Assembly: GCA_040510995.1 (NCBI GenBank)
Contig: JBEVHX010000122.1
Span: 1 to 37,892 of the forward strand
Direction: 5' to 3'
DNA length: 37,892 nt
Origin: Candidatus Nanopelagicales bacterium
GTDB taxonomy: Bacteria; Actinomycetota; Actinomycetes; JBEVHX01
The notes beneath the pieces were generated by a model. The model did not search any database and was not told the DNA's origin. It worked only from the letters and a program-made list of their open reading frames with translations. Below are positions 8,491 to 18,004 of this stretch, one piece after another. Both the position numbers and the translations under genes were made by a program. Position 1 is the first letter of the stretch. Each line of letters opens with the position of its first letter.

Positions 8491-9648
8491 GTGGCGACGA
8501 GCCGCGTCTGGGTCATAGCGCCGCGGCTTTCGTCGAGCAACGGAGCCGGAGCAGAGCCCATTGCGGTGCTGCGGCGATGGACGATCTGGGCGTCGCCCTG
8601 GCTCGTCTTCCTCATCGGCGCCTTTCAGCACGCCGCGAGCGCCGACTCGGTGACGAAGCGAGTCGTCGGAGCCGCCGGGCTCATCCTCTTCTGCCTGTTG
8701 TACGCGATCGGCCCTCCTCGGGTGTTGAACCGCTCGGTGCGCGACCCGCTGCGGTGGGGGTTGCCGGTCGCCATGCTCGCGCTGGCCTGCGCGATCCTCC
8801 CCATGACGGGGGACCAGGGGCTCACGACGTTCGTGTTCGTGGGCGTAGTCCTCATGATCTGCTGGGTACCGCGGGCAGCCTTGCTCGGGATCATCTCGCT
8901 GCTGGTGCTGGCCCCGTCGCTCGAGCTGCTTGTCCCCGGCTGGGATGGCAATCCATTCGACATCGTCCTCAGCACCGCGTTGGCGTGCCTGGCCGCCTGG
9001 GGGGTCCTCAGCGTCATTCGTCGCGACCGCGAGCTCGCCGAGGCAAGGGAAGAGCTGGCGAGGCTGGCCGTGTCGGAGGAACGGCTGCGCTTTGCGCGCG
9101 ACCTGCACGACATCGTCGGCCATAGCCTCACCGCGCTCAGTGTGAAGGCGGAGCTGGCCGGACGCTTGGTGGGACGCGACGACAAGAAGGCCGCACGGGA
9201 GATCGCCGACGTCGAAGGATTGGCTCGGCAGGCCCTGAAGGATGTTCGCGCGGCGGTCCACGGGTACCGCGACGTCACGTTGGCCGGTGAGTTGGCGAGC
9301 GCACGATCGGTGCTCGAGTCAGCCGGCATCGCAGCCGATCTTCCCGGAACGGTCGACCATGTCGACGGGGCGAATCGCGAGCTCTTCGGGTGGGTTGTCC
9401 GCGAAGCCGTCACGAATGTCGTGCGTCACAGTGGAGCACAGCGGGTGCGCATCTCGGTCACCCCATCGACCATCGACATCGTCGACGACGGCCGGGGGCG
9501 TACGCCCCTGACTCCCGACCGCGCGGAGCCGACGCCGGGGTCGGGGCTGGCCGGCCTGCGTGAGCGGGTCGAGGCGGTCGGCGGCAGCCTCCTGGTCGGA
9601 CCCGAAGACGTCCGGGGCTGGCGTGTCCGAGCGCAGGTGCCGGCGTGA
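8491..9648 (+). CDS. DesK-like membrane sensor histidine kinase (HisKA_3)
   Basis: ERLRFARDLHDIVGHSL H-box, EAVTNVVRHS N-box, DDGRG, GSGLAGLRER; start GTG 8491 inferred from TAGCGT-N7. Confidence 0.9.
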   Translation: MATSRVWVIAPRLSSSNGAGAEPIAVLRRWTIWASPWLVFLIGAFQHAASADSVTKRVVGAAGLILFCLLYAIGPPRVLNRSVRDPLRWGLPVAMLALACAILPMTGDQGLTTFVFVGVVLMICWVPRAALLGIISLLVLAPSLELLVPGWDGNPFDIVLSTALACLAAWGVLSVIRRDRELAEAREELARLAVSEERLRFARDLHDIVGHSLTALSVKAELAGRLVGRDDKKAAREIADVEGLARQALKDVRAAVHGYRDVTLAGELASARSVLESAGIAADLPGTVDHVDGANRELFGWVVREAVTNVVRHSGAQRVRISVTPSTIDIVDDGRGRTPLTPDRAEPTPGSGLAGLRERVEAVGGSLLVGPEDVRGWRVRAQVPA

Positions 9649-10259
9649 CGGAGCCGATCCGCGTGCTCGTCGCCGACGACCAGGCCCTGTTGCGCGGTGC
9701 CATCTCGGCCCTGTTGTCGCTGGAGCCCGACATCGACGTCGTCGCAGAAGTCGGCCGGGGCGACGAGGTATTGCCTGCGGCCCGAACGTCCACTCCCGAC
9801 GTCGCGATCATCGATGTGGAGATGCCCGGGCTGGACGGGCTGGCCGCGGCCGCGGTGCTGCGACGCGAGCTGCCCACCTGCCGGGTACTCGTCGTGACCA
9901 CGTTCGGGCGTCCCGGATACCTGCGTCGGGCCATGGAGTCTGGCGCAAGCGGTTTCATGGTCAAGGACGCGCCAGCGCACCAGCTCGCCGACGCTGTCCG
10001 ACGGGTCCATGCAGGGCTGCGGGTCGTCGACCCGGAGCTGGCGGCTGAGTCGTTGGCGGCTGGAGACAGTCCGCTCACCACGCGTGAGGCGGAGGTGCTC
10101 AAGGAGGCGCACCGCGGGTCCACCGTGGCCGAGATTGCCGCCAGTCTCGTGTTAGGTGAAGGAACGGTGCGCAACTATCTGTCCAGCGCAATCGGCAAGA
10201 CTGGGAGTCGTAACCGGCTCGAGGCGGCCCGCATTGCGGAGCGAAACGGTTGGCTCTGA
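9645..10259 (+). CDS. DesR/NarL-family response regulator
   Basis: VADDQ...DVEMPG...TTFGRPGY...KDAP receiver domain and LuxR HTH (GTVRNYLSSAIGK); GTGA overlap with the kinase. Confidence 0.95.
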   Translation: MTEPIRVLVADDQALLRGAISALLSLEPDIDVVAEVGRGDEVLPAARTSTPDVAIIDVEMPGLDGLAAAAVLRRELPTCRVLVVTTFGRPGYLRRAMESGASGFMVKDAPAHQLADAVRRVHAGLRVVDPELAAESLAAGDSPLTTREAEVLKEAHRGSTVAEIAASLVLGEGTVRNYLSSAIGKTGSRNRLEAARIAERNGWL

Positions 10260-10260
10260 C

Positions 10261-10285
10261 CCCAACGGCCCCAGCCCCCGTTGGG
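10261..10285. terminator. Hairpin between the convergent response regulator and truB
   Basis: CCCAACGG-N9-CCGTTGGG inverted repeat. Confidence 0.45.
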
Positions 10286-10292
10286 CGCTCGC

Positions 10293-11192
10293 CTAGGCTG
10301 GGGCGAAGACGACGAGCGGGCGGAGTTCGGATCCGCGCGGCTCCATGAGCGCGAGAACACGACCTGCCGGGTCGAACACACCGACCGGACCGGACCCGGG
10401 TTGGTCGACGACGACGGCGCCCCCGTGGCGCACCGAACGCGCGGCCTCCTCGTCGACGTCAACGCGTCGGAACGCGTCGGCAACGGCCTGGCCAAGCGGG
10501 ACCACGACCAGGTGCCCGTCGAGCGACTCTAAGGACCACGCTCGATCGAGGCCAAAGGCGCCGACCCGCGTGCGACGCAGCATCGTCAGGTGACCGCCCA
10601 CGCCGAGGGCAGCACCGAGGTCGCGTGCGAGAGCACGCACATAGGTGCCCGACGAGCAGGTCACGTCGACATCGACGTCGACAGCACCCGGCGGCCGAGA
10701 CACCGCAGTCACCGTGAACTGGGAGACGGTGACTGGCCGAGCCGGCAGGTCGACCGCCTCGCCGCCGCGCACTCGCGCATACGACCGAACGCCCCCGACC
10801 TTGATGGCGCTCACGCTCGAAGGAACCTGCAGAATCTCGCCGGTCAGGGCCGCAACGGCGACAACAATCGACTCGTCGCTGACAGTGGATGCGTCGACAG
10901 TCGCGACGACTTCACCCTCGGCGTCGTCCGTGACCGTCGAGACACCCAGCCGGACGGTCGCCGCATACGACTTGTCGTGCAGCGCGAGGTGGCCGAGCAG
11001 CCGGGTGGCCCGCTCGATCCCGAGGACCAGCACGCCGGTGGCCATCGGGTCGAGGGTGCCGGCGTGCCCGACCCGTCGAGTGCCGGCGATGCGCCGCATC
11101 CGCGCGACGACGTCATGCGAAGTCATTCCGGCCGCCTTGTCGACGACGACCACGCCGCCGTCGTCGGGCGGGCTGGCGCTGCGCCGGCTCAT
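10293..11192 (-). CDS. truB: tRNA pseudouridine(55) synthase
   Basis: [41 protein letters not shown]. Confidence 0.97.
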   Translation of the reverse strand: MSRRSASPPDDGGVVVVDKAAGMTSHDVVARMRRIAGTRRVGHAGTLDPMATGVLVLGIERATRLLGHLALHDKSYAATVRLGVSTVTDDAEGEVVATVDASTVSDESIVVAVAALTGEILQVPSSVSAIKVGGVRSYARVRGGEAVDLPARPVTVSQFTVTAVSRPPGAVDVDVDVTCSSGTYVRALARDLGAALGVGGHLTMLRRTRVGAFGLDRAWSLESLDGHLVVVPLGQAVADAFRRVDVDEEAARSVRHGGAVVVDQPGSGPVGVFDPAGRVLALMEPRGSELRPLVVFAPA

Positions 11193-11644
11193 CGGGCGTC
11201 GATCTGGTCGCTCTCGTCCTCGTCGGACCGGGGCGCCTTATAGGGGTCTGCGTCGCCCGCATATGTGGCACCGGCGGCAACCGCGGTGACCCGTTCGTCG
11301 GCCCGGCGCGCCTCGACCAGCAGAGCCTCGATGTGCTCCGCGTCCTCGGGCACCGAATCGGCGATGAACTCCAGCGTCGGGGTGAAGCGCACGCCCGTCT
11401 GCCGACCGACCTCGCTGCGCAGCACTCCCTTCGCGGACTCGAGAGCCGCGGCGGACGCGACACGTTCCTCGTCGCTGCCGTACACGGTGTAGAAGATGGT
11501 CGCGTCGTGCAGGTCACCGGTCAGTCGCACGTCGGTGATGGTCACGAAGCCCAGGCGCGGATCCTTGACCCGCGACTCGAGCATCTCCGCCACGATCACG
11601 CGGATCCGGTCCGCCAGCTTCCGCGCCCTATCCGCCGAGCTCAT
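11189..11644 (-). CDS. rbfA: Ribosome-binding factor A
   Basis: RARKLADRI...[19 protein letters not shown]...RFTPTLEF; ATG 11644 overlaps the DUF503 stop (ATGA). Confidence 0.97.
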   Translation of the reverse strand: MSSADRARKLADRIRVIVAEMLESRVKDPRLGFVTITDVRLTGDLHDATIFYTVYGSDEERVASAAALESAKGVLRSEVGRQTGVRFTPTLEFIADSVPEDAEHIEALLVEARRADERVTAVAAGATYAGDADPYKAPRSDEDESDQIDAR

Positions 11645-11937
11645 TCGTCCTCCTCTGAGTGATACCGGCGCCGCGCGGACAACAGCTCCAGCTCGGGCCG
11701 ACCAGCGACCAACCGCTCGCACGCGTCCAGTACGTCGACGCAGTGCGATCGGTCCGCCGCTACCACAGCAACGCCGATCAAGCTTCTTCGATGCAGGTCC
11801 ATGTGCCCGGCCTCAGCAGCACTCACTTCGTACTTCCGCCGCAGATCAACAATCACCGGCCGCACCACCGAGCGCTTCTCCTTCAGCGACTGCACATCGC
11901 CGAGCAGGACATCGAGACTCAGAGTGCCCGAAAACAT
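11641..11937 (-). CDS. DUF503 (YlxP) family protein
   Basis: [11 protein letters not shown]...[14 protein letters not shown]; typical position between infB and rbfA. Confidence 0.93.
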   Translation of the reverse strand: MFSGTLSLDVLLGDVQSLKEKRSVVRPVIVDLRRKYEVSAAEAGHMDLHRRSLIGVAVVAADRSHCVDVLDACERLVAGRPELELLSARRRYHSEEDE

Positions 11938-11958
11938 GAGTGGCTCCAGAAGCTAGGG

Positions 11959-12043
11959 CGCCGACCGAGGGCTGCTCCCGCGGAGTTCGCAGGGAGGGTC
12001 GCTAGACCTGGGTGCAGAACTCGGAGCGAATCCTCGATCGGCG
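11959..12043 (-). other. Long imperfect RNA hairpin between infB and DUF503
   Basis: Nested pairings CGCCGACCGAGG/CCTCGATCGGCG, GCTCC/GGAGC, GAGTTC/GAACTC, GCA/TGC, GGTC/GACC around a GCTA loop. Confidence 0.65.
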
Positions 12044-12051
12044 ACCGGTAA

Positions 12052-14874
12052 TCAAACGCGCGGCTTCTCGCGAAGCTCGTAGGTCTCGATCACGTCATCC
12101 ACCTTGATGTCGTTGTACGAGCCGAGGCCGATGCCGCACTCGAAGCCCTCCCGGACCTCGGTCGCGTCGTCCTTGAACCGCTTGAGCGAGTCGATCGTGA
12201 GGTTCTCGGCCACGACGACGCCGTCGCGGACAAGCCGGGCTTTGGAGTTGCGGCGGATCTCACCGGAGCGCACCAGCGACCCGGCGATGTTGCCGAACTT
12301 CGAGGACCGGAAGACCTCGCGGATCTCGGCGGTGCCGAGCTGGACCTCCTCGTACTCGGGCTTGAGCATGCCCTTGAGCGCGGACTCGACGTCGTCGATC
12401 GCCTGGTAGATGACCGAGTAGAAGCGGACGTCGATGCCCTCGTCGACCGCCAGCTCGCCGACCTTGCCTTCGGGACGAACGTTGAAGCCCAGGATGATCG
12501 CGTCCGAGGCGGCAGCGAGCATCACGTCGTTCTTGGTGATCGCGCCGACGCCACGGCCGATGATCCGCAGCGAGACCTCGTCGGAGACCTCGATGTTGAG
12601 CAGCGCGTCCTCGAGGGCCTCGACCGAACCGGACACGTCGCCCTTGAGGATGAGCTTGAGCTCCTGGACCTCGCCCTTCTCCAGCTGCTTGAAGAAATCC
12701 TCGAGGCTGCGCCGACCGCGCTGCTTCGCGAGCTGGGCGTTGCGCTCGCGCGCAGCCCGACGCTCGGCGATCTGTCGAGCCACCCGGTCCTCGGGGACGA
12801 CGAGGACGTTGTCCCCGGCACCCGGGACCGAGGTCAGGCCGAGGACGAGCACCGGACGCGCCGGACCCGCCTCGTCGATCGGCTCGCCGCTGTCGTCGAG
12901 CAACGCTCGAACACGGCCGAACGCATCGCCGGCGACGATCGAGTCTCCGGGACGCAGCGTGCCACGCTGCACGAGGACGGTCGCGACCGGGCCGCGGCCA
13001 CGGTCGAGGTGCGCCTCGATCGCGACACCTTGGGCGTCCTGGTTCGGGTTTGCCCGCAGGTCCAGCGCGGCGTCAGCAGTGAGGAGGACGGCCTCGAGCA
13101 GGGCATCGATGTTCTGCCCCGCCTTGGCCGAGACATCGACGAACATCGTGTCGCCGCCGTACTCCTCGGCCACCAGTCCATACTCGGTGAGCTGACCGCG
13201 CACCTTGGCCGGGTCGGCCCCCTCCTTGTCGATCTTGTTGACCGCGACCACGATCGGCACATCGGCAGCCTGGGCGTGGTTGAGCGCCTCGATGGTCTGC
13301 GGCTTCACGCCGTCGTCCGCCGCTACCACCAGGATCGCGATGTCGGTGACCTGCGCACCGCGAGCACGCATGGCGGTGAACGCCTCGTGACCGGGCGTGT
13401 CGATGAAGGTGACTTTGCGCTCGTCACCTTCGGCGCTCTTGGCTGTGACCTGGTACGCGCCGATGTGCTGCGTGATGCCCCCGGCCTCGCCGCGAACCAC
13501 ATCGGTGTTGCGGATGGCGTCGAGCAGCTTGGTCTTTCCATGGTCGACGTGGCCCATGACCGTAACGACCGGCGGCCGAGCGACGAGATCGGCCTCGTCG
13601 CCCTCATCGCCGCCGAACTCCAGGCTGAACGAGTCGAGCAGCTCGCGGTCTTCGTCCTCGGGGGACACGACCTGGATCTCGAAGTTCAGCTCCGCACCCA
13701 GAACCTGCAGCGTCTCGTCGTTCACAGACTGGGTGGCGGTCACCATCTCGCCCAGGTTGAAAAGGATCTGGACGAGCGATGCCGGGTTGGCACCAATCTT
13801 GTCCGCGAGGTCGGTGAGCGACGCTCCGCGCGAGAGCCGGACGATCTCTCCGTTCCCGCGAGGCGCGAGGACGCCGCCGATCGACGGGGCCTGCATGTTG
13901 TCGAACTCTTGACGACGCTGCTTCTTGGACTTACGACCGCGGGTCGGGCGTCCGCCCGGTCGGCCGAACGCGCCCGCGGTGCCGCTGCCGCGACCACCGA
14001 AGCCGGGACGACCGCCGCCCGGACGGCCTCCGCCGCCGCCGCCGAAGCCGCCCGCGCCGCCCGGCGCGCCGGGACGACCGCCACTGGGCGCGCCGAACCC
14101 ACCGCCGGGGCGACCGGCACCGGGACGACCGGCACCGGCTCCGACGCCGGGACGACCGGGCGCACCTGCCCGACCTGCGCCGGGCGCACCCGGGCCAGCA
14201 GCGCGGCTGACACCAGGTCGGCCCGGCATCATGCCCGGGTTTGGCCGCGGTCCACCTGGACGCGGCGGCATCATGCCCGGGTTTGGCCGCGGACCGCCTG
14301 GGCGCGGAGCGCCGGGGACGCCGCCCACCGGGCGCGGCGCGCCCGGCACACCGGGGACCGCGCCGGGTCGCGGCGCGGGAGCGCGCCCCATGCCGGTAGC
14401 GGCGCCGGAGGTGAACGGGTTATTGCCCGGCCGCGGTCCCTGCGGACGCGGTGCACTCGGGCGCGGCGCCGTCGGACGCGGGGCCGCCGGTGCGCCGCCG
14501 TTCGGCGGAGTGGGCGCGCCGGTCATCGGTGTGGCCGTTGTCCGCGCCGCAGGCTCGGCCGGCACCACCGAGGGCGTCGGCTGGGCCGGTGCCGCGGGCG
14601 CGGCCGGCAGCGGGGTGACGACGGCTTCAACGGGAGGCTGCGCCCCGACCGGAGCCGCGCTGGGAACGGCCTTCTTCGCTGGCTTCGCCGGCGACGCGGC
14701 TTCCTCCGCCGGCGGGGCAGCCGGGAGCGCTTCCTTGAGCTTGCGGACGACTGGTGGCTCGACTGTCGACGAAGCCGACCGGACGAACTCACCCATCTCC
14801 TGGAGCTTGGTCAGGACGACCTTGCTCTCTAGACCGAGCTCCTTCGCGAGCTCGTAGACCCGAACCTTGGCCAT
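12052..14874 (-). CDS. infB: Translation initiation factor IF-2
   Basis: [14 protein letters not shown], Pro/Gly-rich region, [28 protein letters not shown]. Confidence 0.99.
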   Translation of the reverse strand: MAKVRVYELAKELGLESKVVLTKLQEMGEFVRSASSTVEPPVVRKLKEALPAAPPAEEAASPAKPAKKAVPSAAPVGAQPPVEAVVTPLPAAPAAPAQPTPSVVPAEPAARTTATPMTGAPTPPNGGAPAAPRPTAPRPSAPRPQGPRPGNNPFTSGAATGMGRAPAPRPGAVPGVPGAPRPVGGVPGAPRPGGPRPNPGMMPPRPGGPRPNPGMMPGRPGVSRAAGPGAPGAGRAGAPGRPGVGAGAGRPGAGRPGGGFGAPSGGRPGAPGGAGGFGGGGGGRPGGGRPGFGGRGSGTAGAFGRPGGRPTRGRKSKKQRRQEFDNMQAPSIGGVLAPRGNGEIVRLSRGASLTDLADKIGANPASLVQILFNLGEMVTATQSVNDETLQVLGAELNFEIQVVSPEDEDRELLDSFSLEFGGDEGDEADLVARPPVVTVMGHVDHGKTKLLDAIRNTDVVRGEAGGITQHIGAYQVTAKSAEGDERKVTFIDTPGHEAFTAMRARGAQVTDIAILVVAADDGVKPQTIEALNHAQAADVPIVVAVNKIDKEGADPAKVRGQLTEYGLVAEEYGGDTMFVDVSAKAGQNIDALLEAVLLTADAALDLRANPNQDAQGVAIEAHLDRGRGPVATVLVQRGTLRPGDSIVAGDAFGRVRALLDDSGEPIDEAGPARPVLVLGLTSVPGAGDNVLVVPEDRVARQIAERRAARERNAQLAKQRGRRSLEDFFKQLEKGEVQELKLILKGDVSGSVEALEDALLNIEVSDEVSLRIIGRGVGAITKNDVMLAAASDAIILGFNVRPEGKVGELAVDEGIDVRFYSVIYQAIDDVESALKGMLKPEYEEVQLGTAEIREVFRSSKFGNIAGSLVRSGEIRRNSKARLVRDGVVVAENLTIDSLKRFKDDATEVREGFECGIGLGSYNDIKVDDVIETYELREKPRV
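14224..14307. repeat. 42-bp in-frame tandem duplication within infB ([14 protein letters not shown] x2)
   Basis: CGGCATCATGCCCGGGTTTGGCCGCGG... occurs at 14224 and 14266. Confidence 0.85.
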
Positions 14875-14896
14875 GTGTGACTGGCTCTCCTCTTCT

Positions 14897-14968
14897 CGGT
14901 CCGGGCCGGATGCCGCGGACCGTCAGTGCGTGGGCGTGCTCATCGCTGGGTGCTCATCGAGCGCTCAT
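14897..14968 (-). promoter_or_regulatory. infB leader: three ATGA-coupled mini-ORFs (14968-14954 MSAR*, 14957-14940 MSTQR*, 14943-14923 MSTPTH*) followed by hairpin 14922-14897 abutting the SD
   Basis: Minus strand CG-ATGAGCGCTCG-ATGAGCACCCAGCG-ATGAGCACGCCCACGCAC-TGA-CGGTCCG-N12-CGGACCG-AGAAGAGGAG. Confidence 0.75.
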
Positions 14969-15048
14969 CGGTGTCTGACCCCGCTCCCATGTGCTGGACG
15001 GTGGCTGGCGTGTGCTGCGGGCGGCGCAGCGCCGTCGTGCGTTCGTGT

Positions 15049-15345
15049 TCAGGTCCGGGCCGCATACGTCTCGAACCAGGACCGAAGCGCGGTTGCGTCA
15101 AGCGGCCCCGGATACCGCAAGGCCCGTGGGAACGCTCGCCGCCGCTCGGCATGCTCGAGGCAGTCCGGCACGGGATGCACGTACGCACCCCGACCGGGCA
15201 GCCGGCCGCGGTGATCAGGGACCAACGCCCCGTCAACCACAACGACCCGCAGCAGGTCGGACTTGTCCACCCGGATTCTGCACCCCACGCAGGTGCGCTG
15301 TGGGCGCTCCTTCGGGCGTGCGTCATGGCCGGGACGACCGGACAC
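15049..15345 (-). CDS. ylxR: YlxR (DUF448) family RNA-binding protein
   Basis: PQRTCVGCR...LLRVV...RLPGRGAYVHP...RRRAFPRALR; GTG start at 15345 (VSGR) inferred. Confidence 0.92.
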   Translation of the reverse strand: MSGRPGHDARPKERPQRTCVGCRIRVDKSDLLRVVVVDGALVPDHRGRLPGRGAYVHPVPDCLEHAERRRAFPRALRYPGPLDATALRSWFETYAART

Positions 15346-15352
15346 AAAGAGT

Positions 15353-16402
15353 CTACCCCTCGGCCGGGGCTGCCGGCGCCTCGTGCCCTTCGACCGGGGA
15401 CGCGGTCGAGCTGGTCGCGTCGTCCGAGCGGGGATCACCCCCGCCGTCGCCGCGGATGTCGATGCGCCAGCCGGTCAGACGGGCGGCGAGCCGAGCGTTT
15501 TGCCCTTCCCGTCCGATGGCCAGCGACAACTGGTAGTCCGGCACGATCACCCGCGCGGCCTTGGCCGCCAGGTCGACGATCTCGACCGAGTTCACCGACG
15601 CCGGCTGCAGCGCGTGCGCGACGAAGTCGGCGGGGTCGTCGGCGTAGTCGACGATGTCGATCTTCTCGCCGTGCAGCTCGGCCATGATCGCCCGCGCCCG
15701 CGCTCCCATCGGCCCGATGCACGCGCCTTTGGCGTTGATCCCGGACCGGGTGGCCAGGACCGCGATCTTGGTGCGGTGCCCGGCCTCCCGGGCGATGGCC
15801 TTGATCTCGACGGTGCCGTCCGCGATCTCCGGGACCTCGAGCGCAAACAGCTTGCGAACCAGGTTCGGGTGAGAGCGGCTCAGCGTGATCTGCGGGCCGC
15901 GCAGCCCCTTGCGGACCGACACCACATAGCAGCGCAGCCGTTCGCCGTGCTCGTACCGCTCGCCCGGCACCTGCTCCTGCGTGGGCAGCACCGCCTCGAC
16001 CTTGCCGAGGTTCACCAGCACGTCCCGCGGGTTGGAGCCCTGCTGGATCACGCCGGCAACGAGGTCGCCCTCCTTGCCGAGGTACTCACCAAAGGTGATC
16101 TCGTCCTCGGCGTCCCTCAGCCGCTGCAGGATGACCTGCTTGGCGGTGGTCGCGGCTATCCGACCAAACCCTTCCGGCGTGTCGTCGTATTCCCGCAGTA
16201 TGGCTCCGTCGTCGTCGGTCTCCGCCGCCCACACGGTCACGTGGCCGGTGGCCTTGTCGAGCACGACACGGGACCGCTCGACCGCGCCGGGCGTGTGGTG
16301 GTAAGCGACCAGGAGCGCCTGTTCGATCGCCTCGACGACCAGGTCGAAGGAGATCTCCTTCTCGCGGACGAGCCCCCGGAGCGCGCTCATGTCGATATCC
16401 AC
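15353..16402 (-). CDS. nusA: Transcription termination/antitermination factor NusA
   Basis: [56 protein letters not shown]. Confidence 0.98.
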   Translation of the reverse strand: MDIDMSALRGLVREKEISFDLVVEAIEQALLVAYHHTPGAVERSRVVLDKATGHVTVWAAETDDDGAILREYDDTPEGFGRIAATTAKQVILQRLRDAEDEITFGEYLGKEGDLVAGVIQQGSNPRDVLVNLGKVEAVLPTQEQVPGERYEHGERLRCYVVSVRKGLRGPQITLSRSHPNLVRKLFALEVPEIADGTVEIKAIAREAGHRTKIAVLATRSGINAKGACIGPMGARARAIMAELHGEKIDIVDYADDPADFVAHALQPASVNSVEIVDLAAKAARVIVPDYQLSLAIGREGQNARLAARLTGWRIDIRGDGGGDPRSDDATSSTASPVEGHEAPAAPAEG

Positions 16403-16890
16403 GGCTCCCCCTCCTCGCCATCGGGCTGCGAGCCGGGGCGGCTGAACTCGACCTGGACGCGGCCGTCGCGAACTGCCGCATATGGCAGTCGGGTGCCCCC
16501 CTCCCCGGCGTCGAGCTCGATCGCGTCGGGGTTCGCGGCGAGCACCCGACCGGTCATCTCGCGGCCGTTGACCAGCCGGACCTTGACCAGTCGGCCGGCG
16601 GCGCGCCGCCAGTGCCGCGGCTCGGTCAGCGGACGGTCCACGCCCGGTGACGTCACTTCGAGGGTGTACGCGGTGCCGCCCATCACGTCCGTGTCATCGA
16701 GGACCCGGGACACGGAATGGCTGACCATGGCGATGTCATCGAGGGTGACACCGCCGTCTTTGTCCACGACGACGCGCAGCATGCGACGCCTGCCTGCCGG
16801 GCTGAGGTGGACCTCGTCGAGCTCCAGGCCGTGCTTCTCGACGACCGAAACGAACATCTCGAAGAGACGGTCCGTGCTGGGTGCACTCAT
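16387..16890 (-). CDS. rimP: Ribosome maturation factor RimP
   Basis: [23 protein letters not shown]; ATG 16890 with GGGGAGG SD. Confidence 0.95.
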   Translation of the reverse strand: MSAPSTDRLFEMFVSVVEKHGLELDEVHLSPAGRRRMLRVVVDKDGGVTLDDIAMVSHSVSRVLDDTDVMGGTAYTLEVTSPGVDRPLTEPRHWRRAAGRLVKVRLVNGREMTGRVLAANPDAIELDAGEGGTRLPYAAVRDGRVQVEFSRPGSQPDGEEGEPWIST

Positions 16891-16966
16891 GCGGACCTCC
16901 CCGACGACCATGCTGTTGTGGTTGTGGCTGCCTCCTCTTCGTCAGCGTAGTGCGCCGGTTGCTGCG

Positions 16967-17494
16967 ATGGCTCGTGAGAAGGTCGGCCGCGTGCCGTCCA
17001 TAGCCCGGTCCGAGGTCAGCCGTCGCAAGCTGCTCGTCGGTCTGCTGGGTGCCCCGGCGCTCGGTCTGCTCGCCGCGTGCACGAACGGCAACGACGGCGT
17101 GCCGTCCCCGACCGCCACGCCGGAGCCGGATGTCGACCCCGCGGTGATCGCGGCGGCGCTGGCGCGGGAGCGGAACCTGATCTCGTTGTATGCGGCCGCG
17201 CCGGCCGAAGCCGCGCCCGCCTTGCAACCGTTCGTCGATCGGCACCGGGCACACGCAGCGGTGCTGGAGCAGGCCGCCGGGGGTGGTGCCACGGTCGGCT
17301 CATCGCCGGCCGCACCGTCCGCCGGCCTACCCCCGGACCTGCCGGCGGCGCGCGCCGCGCTGGCGCTCGCCGAGACGGCTGCGGCCGACGCGGGCATCGC
17401 GGCGCTCGCCCCGGTGTCGGCGCAGCTGGCTCGGACGCTCGCCGCAATCGCGTCCTGTGAGTCAGCGCACGCGGCGCTGTTGCGGTCGGCATGA
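16967..17494 (+). CDS. Tat-exported lipoprotein with ferritin-like helical domain (Rv2843-like)
   Basis: SRRKLL twin-arginine motif, hydrophobic stretch, LAAC lipobox, HRAHAAVL and IASCESAHAALL; start is 16967 (ATG) or 16991 (GTG). Confidence 0.75.
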   Translation: MAREKVGRVPSIARSEVSRRKLLVGLLGAPALGLLAACTNGNDGVPSPTATPEPDVDPAVIAAALARERNLISLYAAAPAEAAPALQPFVDRHRAHAAVLEQAAGGGATVGSSPAAPSAGLPPDLPAARAALALAETAAADAGIAALAPVSAQLARTLAAIASCESAHAALLRSA

Positions 17495-17512
17495 CGGCGT
17501 GACGAGCCCCAG

Positions 17513-17959
17513 ATGAGCACCGAGCAGCTGCAGGCCGCGCTCGCCGGCGAGCACGCCGCGGTCTACGCCTACGGCGTGGTCGGCGCGTGGACCTCGGGAG
17601 GTGACCGCGACGCCGCGACGGCCGCGTTCGACGTTCACCGGGCCCGCCGCGACCGCATCACCGCGCTGCTGACCGACATCGGCGAGGACCCGGTCGGGCC
17701 GGCCGGCGGCTACTTGCTGCCGGTCGCGGTGGACGGGCCGGAGACCGCGCGAGCCCTGGCGGCCACGGTCGAGAGCGCCGCGAGCGCGGTGTACGCCGAT
17801 GTCGTCCTCGCGGCCGACGGGGACGCAGACCTCCGCACCACGGCGGCCCGCTGGCAGGTCGATGCGGCCGTGCGGGCAGCGTTGTGGAGCGCCACGACCG
17901 TCGCGTTCCCCGGCGCGCCCGAGCTCGCTGCGCCGCTCCCCAGCCCCTCGCGATCTTGA
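17513..17959 (+). CDS. DUF4439 ferritin-like domain protein (Rv2844-like)
   Basis: LQAALAGEHAAVYAYGVVGA...HRARRD...W...AFPG. Confidence 0.9.
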   Translation: MSTEQLQAALAGEHAAVYAYGVVGAWTSGGDRDAATAAFDVHRARRDRITALLTDIGEDPVGPAGGYLLPVAVDGPETARALAATVESAASAVYADVVLAADGDADLRTTAARWQVDAAVRAALWSATTVAFPGAPELAAPLPSPSRS

Positions 17960-17998
17960 GCCGCGAGATATCGAGAGCAACCAAGGATCGAGATCGCG
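17949..17998. repeat. Inverted repeat between convergent genes
   Basis: CGCGATCTTGA ... TCGAGATCGCG (10/11 match). Confidence 0.5.
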
Positions 17999-18004
17999 GG
18001 TGAT

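Noticed and set aside
13930-14720. Low-complexity G/P/R/A repeats as a mobile or repeat element
   Set aside because: Normal disordered N-terminal region of actinobacterial IF2.
14923-14970. CGATGAGC triplet as a CRISPR-like array or DNA operator
   Set aside because: Units are only 8 bp with unequal 11- and 14-nt periods that exactly preserve stop/start frame logic; no cas genes. A protein-binding role is not excluded but is less parsimonious.
15263-16966. N-terminal 568 codons of the 743-aa ORF
   Set aside because: Antisense to nusA and rimP; only the Tat-lipoprotein part from ~16967 is credible.
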